From Candidatus Poribacteria bacterium (GTDB lineage: Bacteria > Poribacteria > WGA-4E > PCPOR2b), in the NCBI GenBank assembly GCA_965116925.1, contig OZ220744.1, forward strand, positions 6,176,001-6,240,000: 64,000 nucleotides of DNA. The letters run 5' to 3'. Positions within the stretch are counted from its first letter, which is position 1, and each line of letters starts with the position of its first letter. A program made the position numbers and the translations under genes. Under the pieces are notes generated by a model. That model did not search any database. It saw only the letters and a list, made by a program, of their open reading frames with translations, and was not told where the DNA came from. This document shows, piece after piece, positions 28,105-37,114 of the stretch.

Positions 28105-29313
28105 ATGACTACCATTAACACTCCAATTCTCAATGATCAACAGATAGCGGACTTCCATGAGAACGGCTATGCGATTGTTCGCAATGTACTGTCCCCTGAT
28201 GAAGCGGATACATATCGTCGCGTCGTCCAAGAACAAGCACAATGCAATTCCTACCCGCCTTCGCTAAAGTATCCTGAGCCGGGAAAGTATACGATCGCCG
28301 GCAATAAGATGGCGGAATCGAGCCTCGCCTCCATTGCTGAACATCCGACGGTTGTGAATGCAGTTGAATGCGCGCTCGGTCAGCCAGCGCACCTGACCGC
28401 TTTCGTCGCGTACCTACGGAGTCCGGGGGATCGGGGTTCTGGAGGTCATTGTGACTACAAGCGTTGGCGCCCGGTTGGGTCATCCATGAACTGGGTGTTC
28501 GCTATCATTCCGCTGACCGATTTCGATACGGTGTACGGTCCCTTTATGGTGTCTCCCGGATCTCATAAGTTGGCTCAGGTTATCGACGAGGACGCACATA
28601 TCTTGGATCTCACCCGTCCCGATACCAAGCAGCTCGCGCCCTTTATCGATCCAGAGCTCAAGGCAGGCGACTTGCTAATCACAAGTGAGCATACGTGGCA
28701 TAGTGCACCCGCTGGCACGGCTACAGATGACCGTTGTGGGATTTTCCATAAATATTGTGCGGTCAACGCACCTCCATCCGCAGGCTACTATCCGTATAAT
28801 TCCGCGGCGCTTAACTCACTAAGCGATGCCGGTAAACGCCTTATCCCTGTCTGTTTCGACAAGCCCATCACGACGACGCGCTTGCTTGTTGAATGCCCGT
28901 CTGACGATGAATCGAAATATCTGCTAGTCCATGACGACGAAAACGATCGTTGGGAATTGCCCGGCGGAGAAGGCTGGGAAGAAGAAGAGGGGGTCGGCTG
29001 GGATATCGGCGCACGTATCGCTTCTCTGCAAGATCTCACAAAAACACAGCTCGAATTGGACGTTTCGTGGATGTCTTATATTGAGGATGTTGAAGAGGCA
29101 GATGGTATCTGCCGTGTCTACGGCTACGTCGATGAGTCGTTAGAGTCTAAATCGCTGGCTAATGGTCGTTATGACTGGTTCACAAAGGACCGCGTGGGAC
29201 AGATGCTCGGTAATGATGACTATATCTCTCATGCCATCCACACATGGCACCGAGATGATATCATTCGGGGCAAAGGCAAGGCGTGCCGTCAGAGCAAAGA
29301 GCAATTCGACTAG
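28105..29313 (+). CDS. PhyH-family dioxygenase fused to a Nudix-like C-terminal domain
   Basis: F.ENGY.IVRNVL, HCD, PGSH, TWH; later YLLV...WELPGG. Confidence 0.8.
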   Translation: MTTINTPILNDQQIADFHENGYAIVRNVLSPDEADTYRRVVQEQAQCNSYPPSLKYPEPGKYTIAGNKMAESSLASIAEHPTVVNAVECALGQPAHLTAFVAYLRSPGDRGSGGHCDYKRWRPVGSSMNWVFAIIPLTDFDTVYGPFMVSPGSHKLAQVIDEDAHILDLTRPDTKQLAPFIDPELKAGDLLITSEHTWHSAPAGTATDDRCGIFHKYCAVNAPPSAGYYPYNSAALNSLSDAGKRLIPVCFDKPITTTRLLVECPSDDESKYLLVHDDENDRWELPGGEGWEEEEGVGWDIGARIASLQDLTKTQLELDVSWMSYIEDVEEADGICRVYGYVDESLESKSLANGRYDWFTKDRVGQMLGNDDYISHAIHTWHRDDIIRGKGKACRQSKEQFD

Positions 29314-29395
29314 CTCCGCGCTAGAAATCTCCAACGTAATCTCACAAGGAACTTCCCCATTCTTCGTAGGGAACGCAGATCTGCGTTCCCTACTA

Positions 29396-30481
29396 TCAGC
29401 TAGACTTGGGGAATAGCGGATCCGATAGGGCTTCCTGATAGGTCTGTCGTCTGCCGGAATGATCTCCGCCAAGCCATCGGTACGGTCTTGGATAGAGTGT
29501 CAATGAACGATTTTCCAACGGGAGCTTCAACGGGGCATTGCCCCACAGCGCGGAATACTTGGCAGCAACCGCTGCTTCGAGGGACTGGCGTAGATCATGC
29601 CCAGAGATAGCTAGTTCCCCTCCGTTTGATACCACATCAAGGAAAGACATAATCGACGTTGCCAAATAGGAGAAACGGGGATATTGCACCGGTGTGTACG
29701 AGGTTTCCACTTTAATCCGTGCCCCGTTCTGATCGAAGCCACAATAGATTTCGGGTGGTCCCCAATTCCATCGAATCAGTGTGTCGTCAGTCCATACGTC
29801 AACACCGCGATAAGGGGTCTCCTGACCGAAAACGGGGCAGATGAGACCGTTGCTCAGACGGAATTGTCCGTTGATGATCAAATCCTCATCGTTGTCGCTT
29901 TGGAGGGCTGCTTCAGGTGTGCCCCAAGCGATTACCTCAGTGATCTCTGCTTGTGCCAGAAGCCGCAGCACGGCAATATGCTGACACCCGCCGCCCGATA
30001 TCTCGCCGTTCCAGCGGTGGACACAAGCACCGCGTAGTTCACCATAGTTACCAGCGCGGAGCCAACCTGCGACCTCTTGGACCTCCGAGAGTGCTCGTTG
30101 GAGATTGCCCCCGGCAAAAACAACGCCGCGTTCCTCACATACATCGACCATTTCATCGACATCTGCCAGACACGCCCCAATCGGTTTGTCGGTGGACACG
30201 CCTTTGACACCTGCCTCGGCACTCGCGATCACCGCATCTTTTATGTACTTGCCGGGCAAAACGACAGCGGCAATGTCCGGGACAATTTCTCTATACATCG
30301 CTTCCGCGTCCGGATACAGTGCTTTAATGCCAAAACGTTCACCGACGGCGCGCCGCCGCTCTGGGTTGTATTCAGCGATGGCGACCAACTCGGTATTCGG
30401 CAGTGTCTGATACACCTCCGCGTAGTGTTGACCGAGGCGTCCGCAACCAATGATTGCAACGGTATATTTGGGTTCCGCCAT
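29396..30481 (-). CDS. Gfo/Idh/MocA family oxidoreductase
   Basis: VAIIGCGRLG, DKP (EKP-like), GGCQH. Confidence 0.88.
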   Translation of the reverse strand: MAEPKYTVAIIGCGRLGQHYAEVYQTLPNTELVAIAEYNPERRRAVGERFGIKALYPDAEAMYREIVPDIAAVVLPGKYIKDAVIASAEAGVKGVSTDKPIGACLADVDEMVDVCEERGVVFAGGNLQRALSEVQEVAGWLRAGNYGELRGACVHRWNGEISGGGCQHIAVLRLLAQAEITEVIAWGTPEAALQSDNDEDLIINGQFRLSNGLICPVFGQETPYRGVDVWTDDTLIRWNWGPPEIYCGFDQNGARIKVETSYTPVQYPRFSYLATSIMSFLDVVSNGGELAISGHDLRQSLEAAVAAKYSALWGNAPLKLPLENRSLTLYPRPYRWLGGDHSGRRQTYQEALSDPLFPKSS

Positions 30482-30528
30482 GAATGTCTCCTTCTTGCTA
30501 GGTTTCAATGGAATGCTCTAAAATCATT

Positions 30529-30677
30529 GGTTCATGTAAAGAATTAGTGCAATAAAAGCCACAGGTGGTTGTCTCCCAACTTGTTGAGGAGTTACTCTCC
30601 CCCCGCTTGCGGGGGGATTAAGGGGGGTAAGAAGCGTCACTTTACTTCGTGCTTTGCACTCTTTTTTAATATGAGCC
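30529..30677. mobile_element. MITE family B with CCCCCGC...GCGGGGG hairpin cargo
   Basis: Ends GGTTCATGTAAAGAA...TGCA and TTCGTGCTTTGCAC...ATATGAGCC. Confidence 0.72.
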
Positions 30678-30870
30678 AGATTATTATAGCACGGTAATCA
30701 TCATAGATCTAATGAATTTGAAAATCTACTTTAACGGCACCCCTGGCAAAATCTAACAAAATCTAACACTTTTAGGGTTTACGCAGCCAGTCGTAGGGGC
30801 TTGCATCCCGATTTTATCGGGGCAATAATATGGGAGAATTAAATGACCCTAATAAATCTGAGAAAAAGGG

Positions 30871-30899
30871 TTGACAGTTTTTGGCAACTGCGATACAAT
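30871..30899 (+). promoter_or_regulatory. sigma70-like promoter of the DUF1800 operon
   Basis: TTGACA-17 bp-TACAAT. Confidence 0.7.
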
Positions 30900-30996
30900 G
30901 AAAAAACCTGTTCTAGCTTGAATGTGATTGGACATCATCATCCAAAAGTCTTACTGTTTTTGGGCGATAATTGTTCGTCAATCAAAGGAGGAGAAA

Positions 30997-32385
30997 ATGT
31001 CGAATGCCGATGTTGCTTTAACTGCCCATCTGATGCGTCGTGCAGGGTTTGGCACAACGCTAACGGAGTTAGAAGAATACGTCAAAAAGGGCTACGAAAA
31101 TGTTGTTGAAGACTTAGTAGACATAGAACGTTGCCCGCCGGTTGACGAGGATATCTTGGATCGTTACTTCGGCGGTTCTGAGGGCGGGTATAGGAATACG
31201 TGGATGTTTCGGATGATTAACAGTCCACGCCCGCTTGAGGAAAAAATGGCACTTTTCTGGCACCATGTGTTCGCCACGGGTGTTGGGAAAAATCAGCATA
31301 TTCTTGCTTCTGCCCTCCAGATTGATATGCTCCGGCGCGTGGGACTTTCAAACATGCGAGAGATTCTACTCGAGCTATCGAAAGATCCAGCGATGATTTT
31401 CTGGCTTGATAATAACGAGAACCGGAAAGGTGAACCGAATGAGAACTACGGTAGGGAACTATTAGAACTGTTCTCAATGGGCGTCGGTAATTACTCAGAG
31501 GACGATATTAAAGATTGTTCTCGTGCCTTTACAGGATGGACATTCACCCAGCCTCCGCCCTTGTACCCACAAGGTTACTATCCGGCACACTTCGTGTTTA
31601 TCGAAGAGGAACACGACAATGGCGAAAAGACGTTCCTAGGTCATACAGGCAATTTGAATGGTGATGATATAATCGACATTATCGTGCAACAGCCTGCCTG
31701 CGCGAAGTTCATATCCAGACACCTGTACAACTTCTTCGTCGCGGACGAACCACAGGTCCCGTCCTGGAACGTGACGCCTCCACAAGATCCAGATGCCATT
31801 GATACGTTGTCAAACGCTTTCTTGGAGTCAGGTGGGGATATACGCCATGTCCTCAGAACGCTCTTTAACTCCGATTTCTTCAAGGAAGCACGATTCAAAA
31901 AGGTTAAGAGTCCTACAGAGCTTGTTACAGGTATCCTGAAGCTGGTAGGGACTCATCAACAGCCCGAGCTGGGCATGGCGAAATATCCGGGAGCCACCGC
32001 TTTGATGGGCCAAGAGCTATTGAATCCCCCGACTGTAGAAGGTTGGCACACCGGTAAAGAATGGATTGATGGCGGTACGCTTACCGAGCGCATTAACTTC
32101 TCTGTTGGTGAACTCAGTGATCCCAGCAAGCCGGGTATTGAGCAGATTATCAGTCGGCTTAAATCAAATGGGAGTGCCCTATCTCCCGATGAGTTTGTGG
32201 ATAGATGTCTCGAGCTGGTGGGACCACTAGATGTCGGTGAAACGACACGTGAATCCTTAACCCGGTTCGCAGCATCTCAGGGTGACCTTAACATAGGGGT
32301 TGACGACGCTGCGGAAGAGAACAACGCTCGCGTGGTGCGTATGCTACAGTTGATTGTGTCTTCGAGAGAATATCAGTTTGCCTAA
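30997..32385 (+). CDS. DUF1800 family protein
   Basis: AHL.RRAGFG, EKMALFWH..F, DPAM..WLDN, PNENYGRELLELFS.G, PP.V.GW. Confidence 0.92.
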   Translation: MSNADVALTAHLMRRAGFGTTLTELEEYVKKGYENVVEDLVDIERCPPVDEDILDRYFGGSEGGYRNTWMFRMINSPRPLEEKMALFWHHVFATGVGKNQHILASALQIDMLRRVGLSNMREILLELSKDPAMIFWLDNNENRKGEPNENYGRELLELFSMGVGNYSEDDIKDCSRAFTGWTFTQPPPLYPQGYYPAHFVFIEEEHDNGEKTFLGHTGNLNGDDIIDIIVQQPACAKFISRHLYNFFVADEPQVPSWNVTPPQDPDAIDTLSNAFLESGGDIRHVLRTLFNSDFFKEARFKKVKSPTELVTGILKLVGTHQQPELGMAKYPGATALMGQELLNPPTVEGWHTGKEWIDGGTLTERINFSVGELSDPSKPGIEQIISRLKSNGSALSPDEFVDRCLELVGPLDVGETTRESLTRFAASQGDLNIGVDDAAEENNARVVRMLQLIVSSREYQFA

Positions 32386-32395
32386 TTCGGTTCAT

Positions 32396-32527
32396 GGCTC
32401 ATATAAAAAGAAAGTGCAAAATATAAACGAAATCGTAGGGGCGGGGTTTCCCCGCCCTCAGTAAGGGTTGGGTGACCCAACCCCTACGAAAACTCGGTTG
32501 CTGTTGCACACTTTCTTAACATGAGCC
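32396..32527. mobile_element. MITE family B carrying a GTAGGGG REP doublet
   Basis: GGCTCATATAAAAAGAAAGTGCA...ACATGAGCC; flanking (C/T)GGTTCAT direct repeat. Confidence 0.78.
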
Positions 32528-32628
32528 TGGTTCATTAGTGCATTGGTTCATTAATGAGTTAATTGTTTTCACGTTTCAGGTTCTACGCGCCGCAGGGTGA
32601 AATTCCCTGTGGAGAAGGAGTAAGTCAT

Positions 32629-33768
32629 ATGGCTGTCAGTAAGAAAGATCCCGTCCTTGTCGTTGTTGAACTGAAGGGTGGCAACGACTTTATGAACACA
32701 ATTATTCCCTATACTGCCGGTGTGTACTACGATTCCCGGCCAGTTGTAGGGCTCAAGGCAGAAGAAGTCCTCCCTCTCAACGATACCTTAGCCTGGAATC
32801 CAAATGTCGAGCCCCTCAAGGATATGTACGACCAAGGCGAGGTAGCCATCGTTCAGGGCATCGGTTATCCCGATTCCAGTCGTTCCCATTTCCGGGCGAT
32901 GGATGTGTGGCACACCTGCGAACCGATAGAAATCGGCACGGAGGGATGGGTGGGCAGAGTAATCCGGGAACTGGATCCTAATGGAGAGAACGTTTTAACG
33001 GGCGTCTCTTTTGGCAAAGGCCTGCCGAGAGCACTCGCTCTTTCTGGTGTACCGGCCACCTCTGTTGATAATCTTGACACCTACGGATTGATGACCGATA
33101 TCGAGGCGGATCCACAGCGTCTCCAAGCCCTTGAGATATTCAAGGAGATGTACAGTCCTGCTATCGGCACCGGTGTTGTAATGGATTATCTGTCGCAAAC
33201 GGGGCTTGATGTCATCAAAGGTTCCGACGAGTTAAAGAGAGCCCCCGCGATGTACACCTCTGAGGTTGAGTACGAAAGTAACCCGATCGCCAAGAGTTTG
33301 CGGGATGTTGCGCGCGTTCACCTTGCCGACCTCGGAACGAGGGTATTTTACACGCAGCACGGCGGCTACGATCACCATGCAAATGAGGTCCCGTCGCATC
33401 CGAAACTGCTCGCAGAGCTATCGGGAGCAATTCGCGATTTCTTCAAGGACTTGCGTGACCACAACGCCTCTGACGAGGTGGTTATGCTCGTCTTTTCAGA
33501 GTTTGGACGACGCATCAGGGACAACGCCAGCGGCACTGACCACGGCACCGGCGGTGGTGCCTTCATCATCGGCGACCATGTCGAAGGGGGACTATACGCA
33601 GAGTATCCATCCCTTGACCCCGCTCGATGGGCAAACGGCGAAGACCTTGAGCATACAATAGACTTCCGTGGCATATACGGAACAGTCCTTGAGCAGTGGA
33701 TGGGGCTCGACCCTGTTCCAATAGTGGATGGAACATTTGAACAGATCTATCCTTTTGCCAGCAGATAA
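32629..33768 (+). CDS. DUF1501 family protein without Tat signal
   Basis: LVVV.L.GGND..NT, GYP...RSHF, GGYD.H, FSEFGR, GTDHG, DFR. Confidence 0.92.
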   Translation: MAVSKKDPVLVVVELKGGNDFMNTIIPYTAGVYYDSRPVVGLKAEEVLPLNDTLAWNPNVEPLKDMYDQGEVAIVQGIGYPDSSRSHFRAMDVWHTCEPIEIGTEGWVGRVIRELDPNGENVLTGVSFGKGLPRALALSGVPATSVDNLDTYGLMTDIEADPQRLQALEIFKEMYSPAIGTGVVMDYLSQTGLDVIKGSDELKRAPAMYTSEVEYESNPIAKSLRDVARVHLADLGTRVFYTQHGGYDHHANEVPSHPKLLAELSGAIRDFFKDLRDHNASDEVVMLVFSEFGRRIRDNASGTDHGTGGGAFIIGDHVEGGLYAEYPSLDPARWANGEDLEHTIDFRGIYGTVLEQWMGLDPVPIVDGTFEQIYPFASR

Positions 33769-33923
33769 AATTTGAGGGGGCGAGTATATGAGTGTATGAG
33801 AGAACGTGGGAGAATGGAATAACGGAAAAACCTGAAAGCGGGACTCGTTTTCTCGTCTGCTCGTTTTCTTGATTCCCCTCACACACTCGCTCACCCGCTC
33901 ACACAGATTCCAGGAGGTGAATC

Positions 33924-34919
33924 ATGGGTAGACCATATGGACTGCTACGTGCAGGTTTCCCATTTTTCAAGACTGTAGGTATGCGACGACACACCAACTT
34001 TCCCGTTGATGTTGCACTTGGAAAGGAAAACCGCCTGTACATATTGTGTCGAAGCGGCGATGCTTCAATGATTAGAAAGTACAGCGTGGATGAAGATAAC
34101 TTAGGCGAAATTGGTGGTGTAGCGACGTGGGGGGTTGCAATTATTGCCGATAGTGAGGAAAATCTTTACATCTCCGACGAAGCGAAGCATTGTATCGCAT
34201 CATTCAACACAGATGGTGAGTCCCTCGGCAGTTGGGGGGAGCATGGCGATGGAGATGGACAACTCAACGCTCCCGCAGGAATCGCCTTCGACGCGGAAGA
34301 AAATATCTACGTTGCCGATGCCTTGAATCACAGAGTTCAGAAGTTCACTAAGGACGGCGAGTTTATCTCGAAGTGGGGCAGCCACGGCGATGGAGAGGGC
34401 GAATTCGATATGCCTTGGGGCATAACCGTCGATGAGCTGGGAGATGTTTACGTCGTAGACTGGCGCAACGATAGGGTGCAAAAGTTCAATTCCGAGGGCG
34501 AGTTTATTTTCGCATTCGGTAAGTCGGGCTCTGGAGATGGTGAATTCAACAGACCCACTGACGTTGCGGTAGACGAGCACGGCGATATTTACGTGGCTGA
34601 CTGTGGAAATGACCGCGTACAACTGTTCAATTCCGAACCGAGGTATGTGGAAAAATTCCTAGGAGACGCATCGCTGTCACAAGCTGCGATCGATTATATG
34701 ATGACAAACGCCAACCCTAATCGTCTGAGGGATATGGCGAATCTTGAGCCACAGAAATTGTTGAGGCGTCCGACATCGGTGACGATCAATGGAGATGGGC
34801 TGCTGTTTATATCAGACAATTGCTCCTATCGGGTGCAGGTCTACAAGAAGCACGCCATTCCGCTGACCGAGCTAGAGCTTGCTCCCCCAAGACGGTCACC
34901 GACGCTTCACCAAGAGTAA
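33924..34919 (+). CDS. NHL-repeat beta-propeller protein
   Basis: Repeated G.GDG.F..P.GI..D....IYV.D..N.RVQKF. Confidence 0.9.
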   Translation: MGRPYGLLRAGFPFFKTVGMRRHTNFPVDVALGKENRLYILCRSGDASMIRKYSVDEDNLGEIGGVATWGVAIIADSEENLYISDEAKHCIASFNTDGESLGSWGEHGDGDGQLNAPAGIAFDAEENIYVADALNHRVQKFTKDGEFISKWGSHGDGEGEFDMPWGITVDELGDVYVVDWRNDRVQKFNSEGEFIFAFGKSGSGDGEFNRPTDVAVDEHGDIYVADCGNDRVQLFNSEPRYVEKFLGDASLSQAAIDYMMTNANPNRLRDMANLEPQKLLRRPTSVTINGDGLLFISDNCSYRVQVYKKHAIPLTELELAPPRRSPTLHQE

Positions 34920-34941
34920 TTTAAGCTTATAGGTATTGTTC

Positions 34942-34979
34942 AGCCCTCGGTCTTAAATTTGACTGAGGGCTTTTTTTTT
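34942..34979 (+). terminator. Intrinsic terminator
   Basis: AGCCCTCGGTC...GACTGAGGGC followed by T9. Confidence 0.8.
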
Positions 34980-35036
34980 AGCGATGGGGCTGCATCATCG
35001 CACCGTTCCGCAGCAACGCTGGTTAGCGAGAATAAT

Positions 35037-36950
35037 ATGTCTTTAAGAGCGATTATCATCGGCATCGCCTTGGTCATCATACAGACAGCGATCACACCGT
35101 ATAATGACTATTACCTCCAAGGGACAGATATTTCCGGGAGTCATTTCCCTCTGGGAGCGCTATTTGCGCTGATTGTCCTCACCCTAGGCATTAATCCTAT
35201 CCTCAAAAAGATAACACCGAAGGCGGAGTTGAATCCCGGTGAATTGATGATCGTATGGGTGATGCTAGTTGTCACTTCCGCTATTCCCTCCAAAGGGATG
35301 ATGGGGTATCTGCTTCCCTATATAGTCGCGACACGCTACTTCGCTACGCCAGAAAACGAATGGGCTGAGGCGCTCTACCCTCACCTTCCAGATTGGCTTG
35401 TGGTATGGGATAGACAAGCGGTCTCAGATTTCTACACCGGCGAAGCGTTCGTTCCATGGGCGGTGTGGGCAAAGCCGCTTTTCGCTTGGACGATATTTAT
35501 TATCGTACTCTACTTTGTCACAATCTGTTTGTCGGTTGTTCTGCGGAAGCAGTGGGTTGAACACGAACGGTTCATATTCCCGCTTGTTGCCGTGCCCGCC
35601 GAGATGGTTCAGCGTACGCAACCCAACGCCCTACTCAGCGGCTTTTTCAAGAGCAGAGCGATGTGGATAGGCTTCACAATTGCCGCCGCATTTCATCTGC
35701 TCAACGGCTTCCACGAATACTTTCCCGCACTCCCTCGCATTCCGAACCGCTACGACCTTTACGGTCCATTCACCGAGCGACCGTGGATCGTGATGCGCTG
35801 GTGGCCCCAACTCCGCTTGTTCCTCTATTTCTCAGTTATCGGTATCACATATCTTCTCAGTATGGAGGTCTCCTTTAGTTGCTGGTTCTTCTTTCTTTTC
35901 TTCAAAGTTCAGTATCTGATCATCAACGGTTTTTCCATTCCGATCAATCCCTGGATCTGTGCACGGGGACAAACGATGGCGGTCTACGTAGTGCTTGTAT
36001 TGGCTTTCATATACAACAGCCGCTACCATCTCAGGGATATACTGAAAAAGACATTCGCTGAAAGGCACGCAGCCAAAGCAATTGACGATTCCAACGAACC
36101 GCTCCCTTACAGATGGGCATTGCTGGGATTGATTTTTGGATTTCTTTTGCTGGGCCTCCTCTGTGCCTACGCAGGGATGACCCTCTGGGTGGCACTGAGC
36201 ATTATCGCATTTTTTCTAATCGTCTCTACCGCCTTGACATGGATGGTCGTCAACGGCGGACTCCTGCTCATCCAAGCCCCAATGTATCCCTCCGAATATT
36301 TCGAGACTACAGTTGGGACAAGAATCATCGGCGCGAACAGTTGGAGCCTCTTGGGATTCCAACGGGTCATGATGCGCGATTGGGGTGGGATTTTGATGCC
36401 GAGTATTCTACACGGATTCAAAGCTGCCGACCCTGTGAAACTCAATCGAAGGAGTCTATCTTGGGCGATAACTCTCGCCATTCTCTTTTCAATAGCCGTT
36501 TCCTATGTTGCATCGTTATCGCTGATTTATGACAAAGGCGCGTTAAACTTACAACAGGGTCCCTTCATCAGGTCACCCAGATATTTTAACCATATAGCCT
36601 CGGTGATTCAGTACCCAAAGGGCCCAAAATGGGCTGAGATTTACAGTATGCTTGTCGGCACCGGAATTATCTCGTTTCTCCTTGTTATGCGCCATCAATT
36701 TATTTGGTGGAAATTGCATCCAATCGGCTATGTGATGGGAGCTGTCTATTCATCCTATTTTCTTTGGGCGTCGATATTTATCGGTTGGCTTTTGAAGTAT
36801 TTGATTATGAAGACCGGAGGGGTTGGGAGTTACCGTAAACTCAGACCGTTGTTCATGGGGTTGATTCTCGGTGAGTACGGCGTTGTCGGGTTGTGGATGG
36901 TCATTGGCATTTTTACAGGGGTGGACTATCGTGGGGCGCTGCCCGGGTAA
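35037..36950 (+). CDS. Polytopic membrane protein, DUF6785/DUF6784-like
   Basis: Many TM helices; Y.ATPEN.W, RKQW...E...FP, W.LHP.GY, P.F.GL..G motifs. Confidence 0.78.
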   Translation: MSLRAIIIGIALVIIQTAITPYNDYYLQGTDISGSHFPLGALFALIVLTLGINPILKKITPKAELNPGELMIVWVMLVVTSAIPSKGMMGYLLPYIVATRYFATPENEWAEALYPHLPDWLVVWDRQAVSDFYTGEAFVPWAVWAKPLFAWTIFIIVLYFVTICLSVVLRKQWVEHERFIFPLVAVPAEMVQRTQPNALLSGFFKSRAMWIGFTIAAAFHLLNGFHEYFPALPRIPNRYDLYGPFTERPWIVMRWWPQLRLFLYFSVIGITYLLSMEVSFSCWFFFLFFKVQYLIINGFSIPINPWICARGQTMAVYVVLVLAFIYNSRYHLRDILKKTFAERHAAKAIDDSNEPLPYRWALLGLIFGFLLLGLLCAYAGMTLWVALSIIAFFLIVSTALTWMVVNGGLLLIQAPMYPSEYFETTVGTRIIGANSWSLLGFQRVMMRDWGGILMPSILHGFKAADPVKLNRRSLSWAITLAILFSIAVSYVASLSLIYDKGALNLQQGPFIRSPRYFNHIASVIQYPKGPKWAEIYSMLVGTGIISFLLVMRHQFIWWKLHPIGYVMGAVYSSYFLWASIFIGWLLKYLIMKTGGVGSYRKLRPLFMGLILGEYGVVGLWMVIGIFTGVDYRGALPG

Positions 36951-36970
36951 TATTTTTAGCTTTTCTGTTT

Positions 36971-37054
36971 GGTTCATGTCAAGAAATCGTGCAGTAGAAA
37001 CCGAGCTCTTGACAAAAACTCGACTTCTCTTCCCACTCCCGCAAACTGGGAGCC
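36971..37054. mobile_element. Degenerate MITE family B
   Basis: GGTTCATGTCAAGAAATCGTGCA..AGAAACCGAG matches the reverse of 18770-18806. Confidence 0.55.
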
Positions 37055-37114
37055 AATAAACCTCTTCACGTTTCACGCATCACGTTTCAGTTTCTTTAAG
37101 TTTCATCGGGTTTT

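Noticed and set aside
33780..33905. Purine/pyrimidine short-period repeats, and TTTCACG-like runs at ~37065 and ~52490, as ncRNA
   Set aside because: Degenerate short tandem repeats without a defensible structure or family assignment
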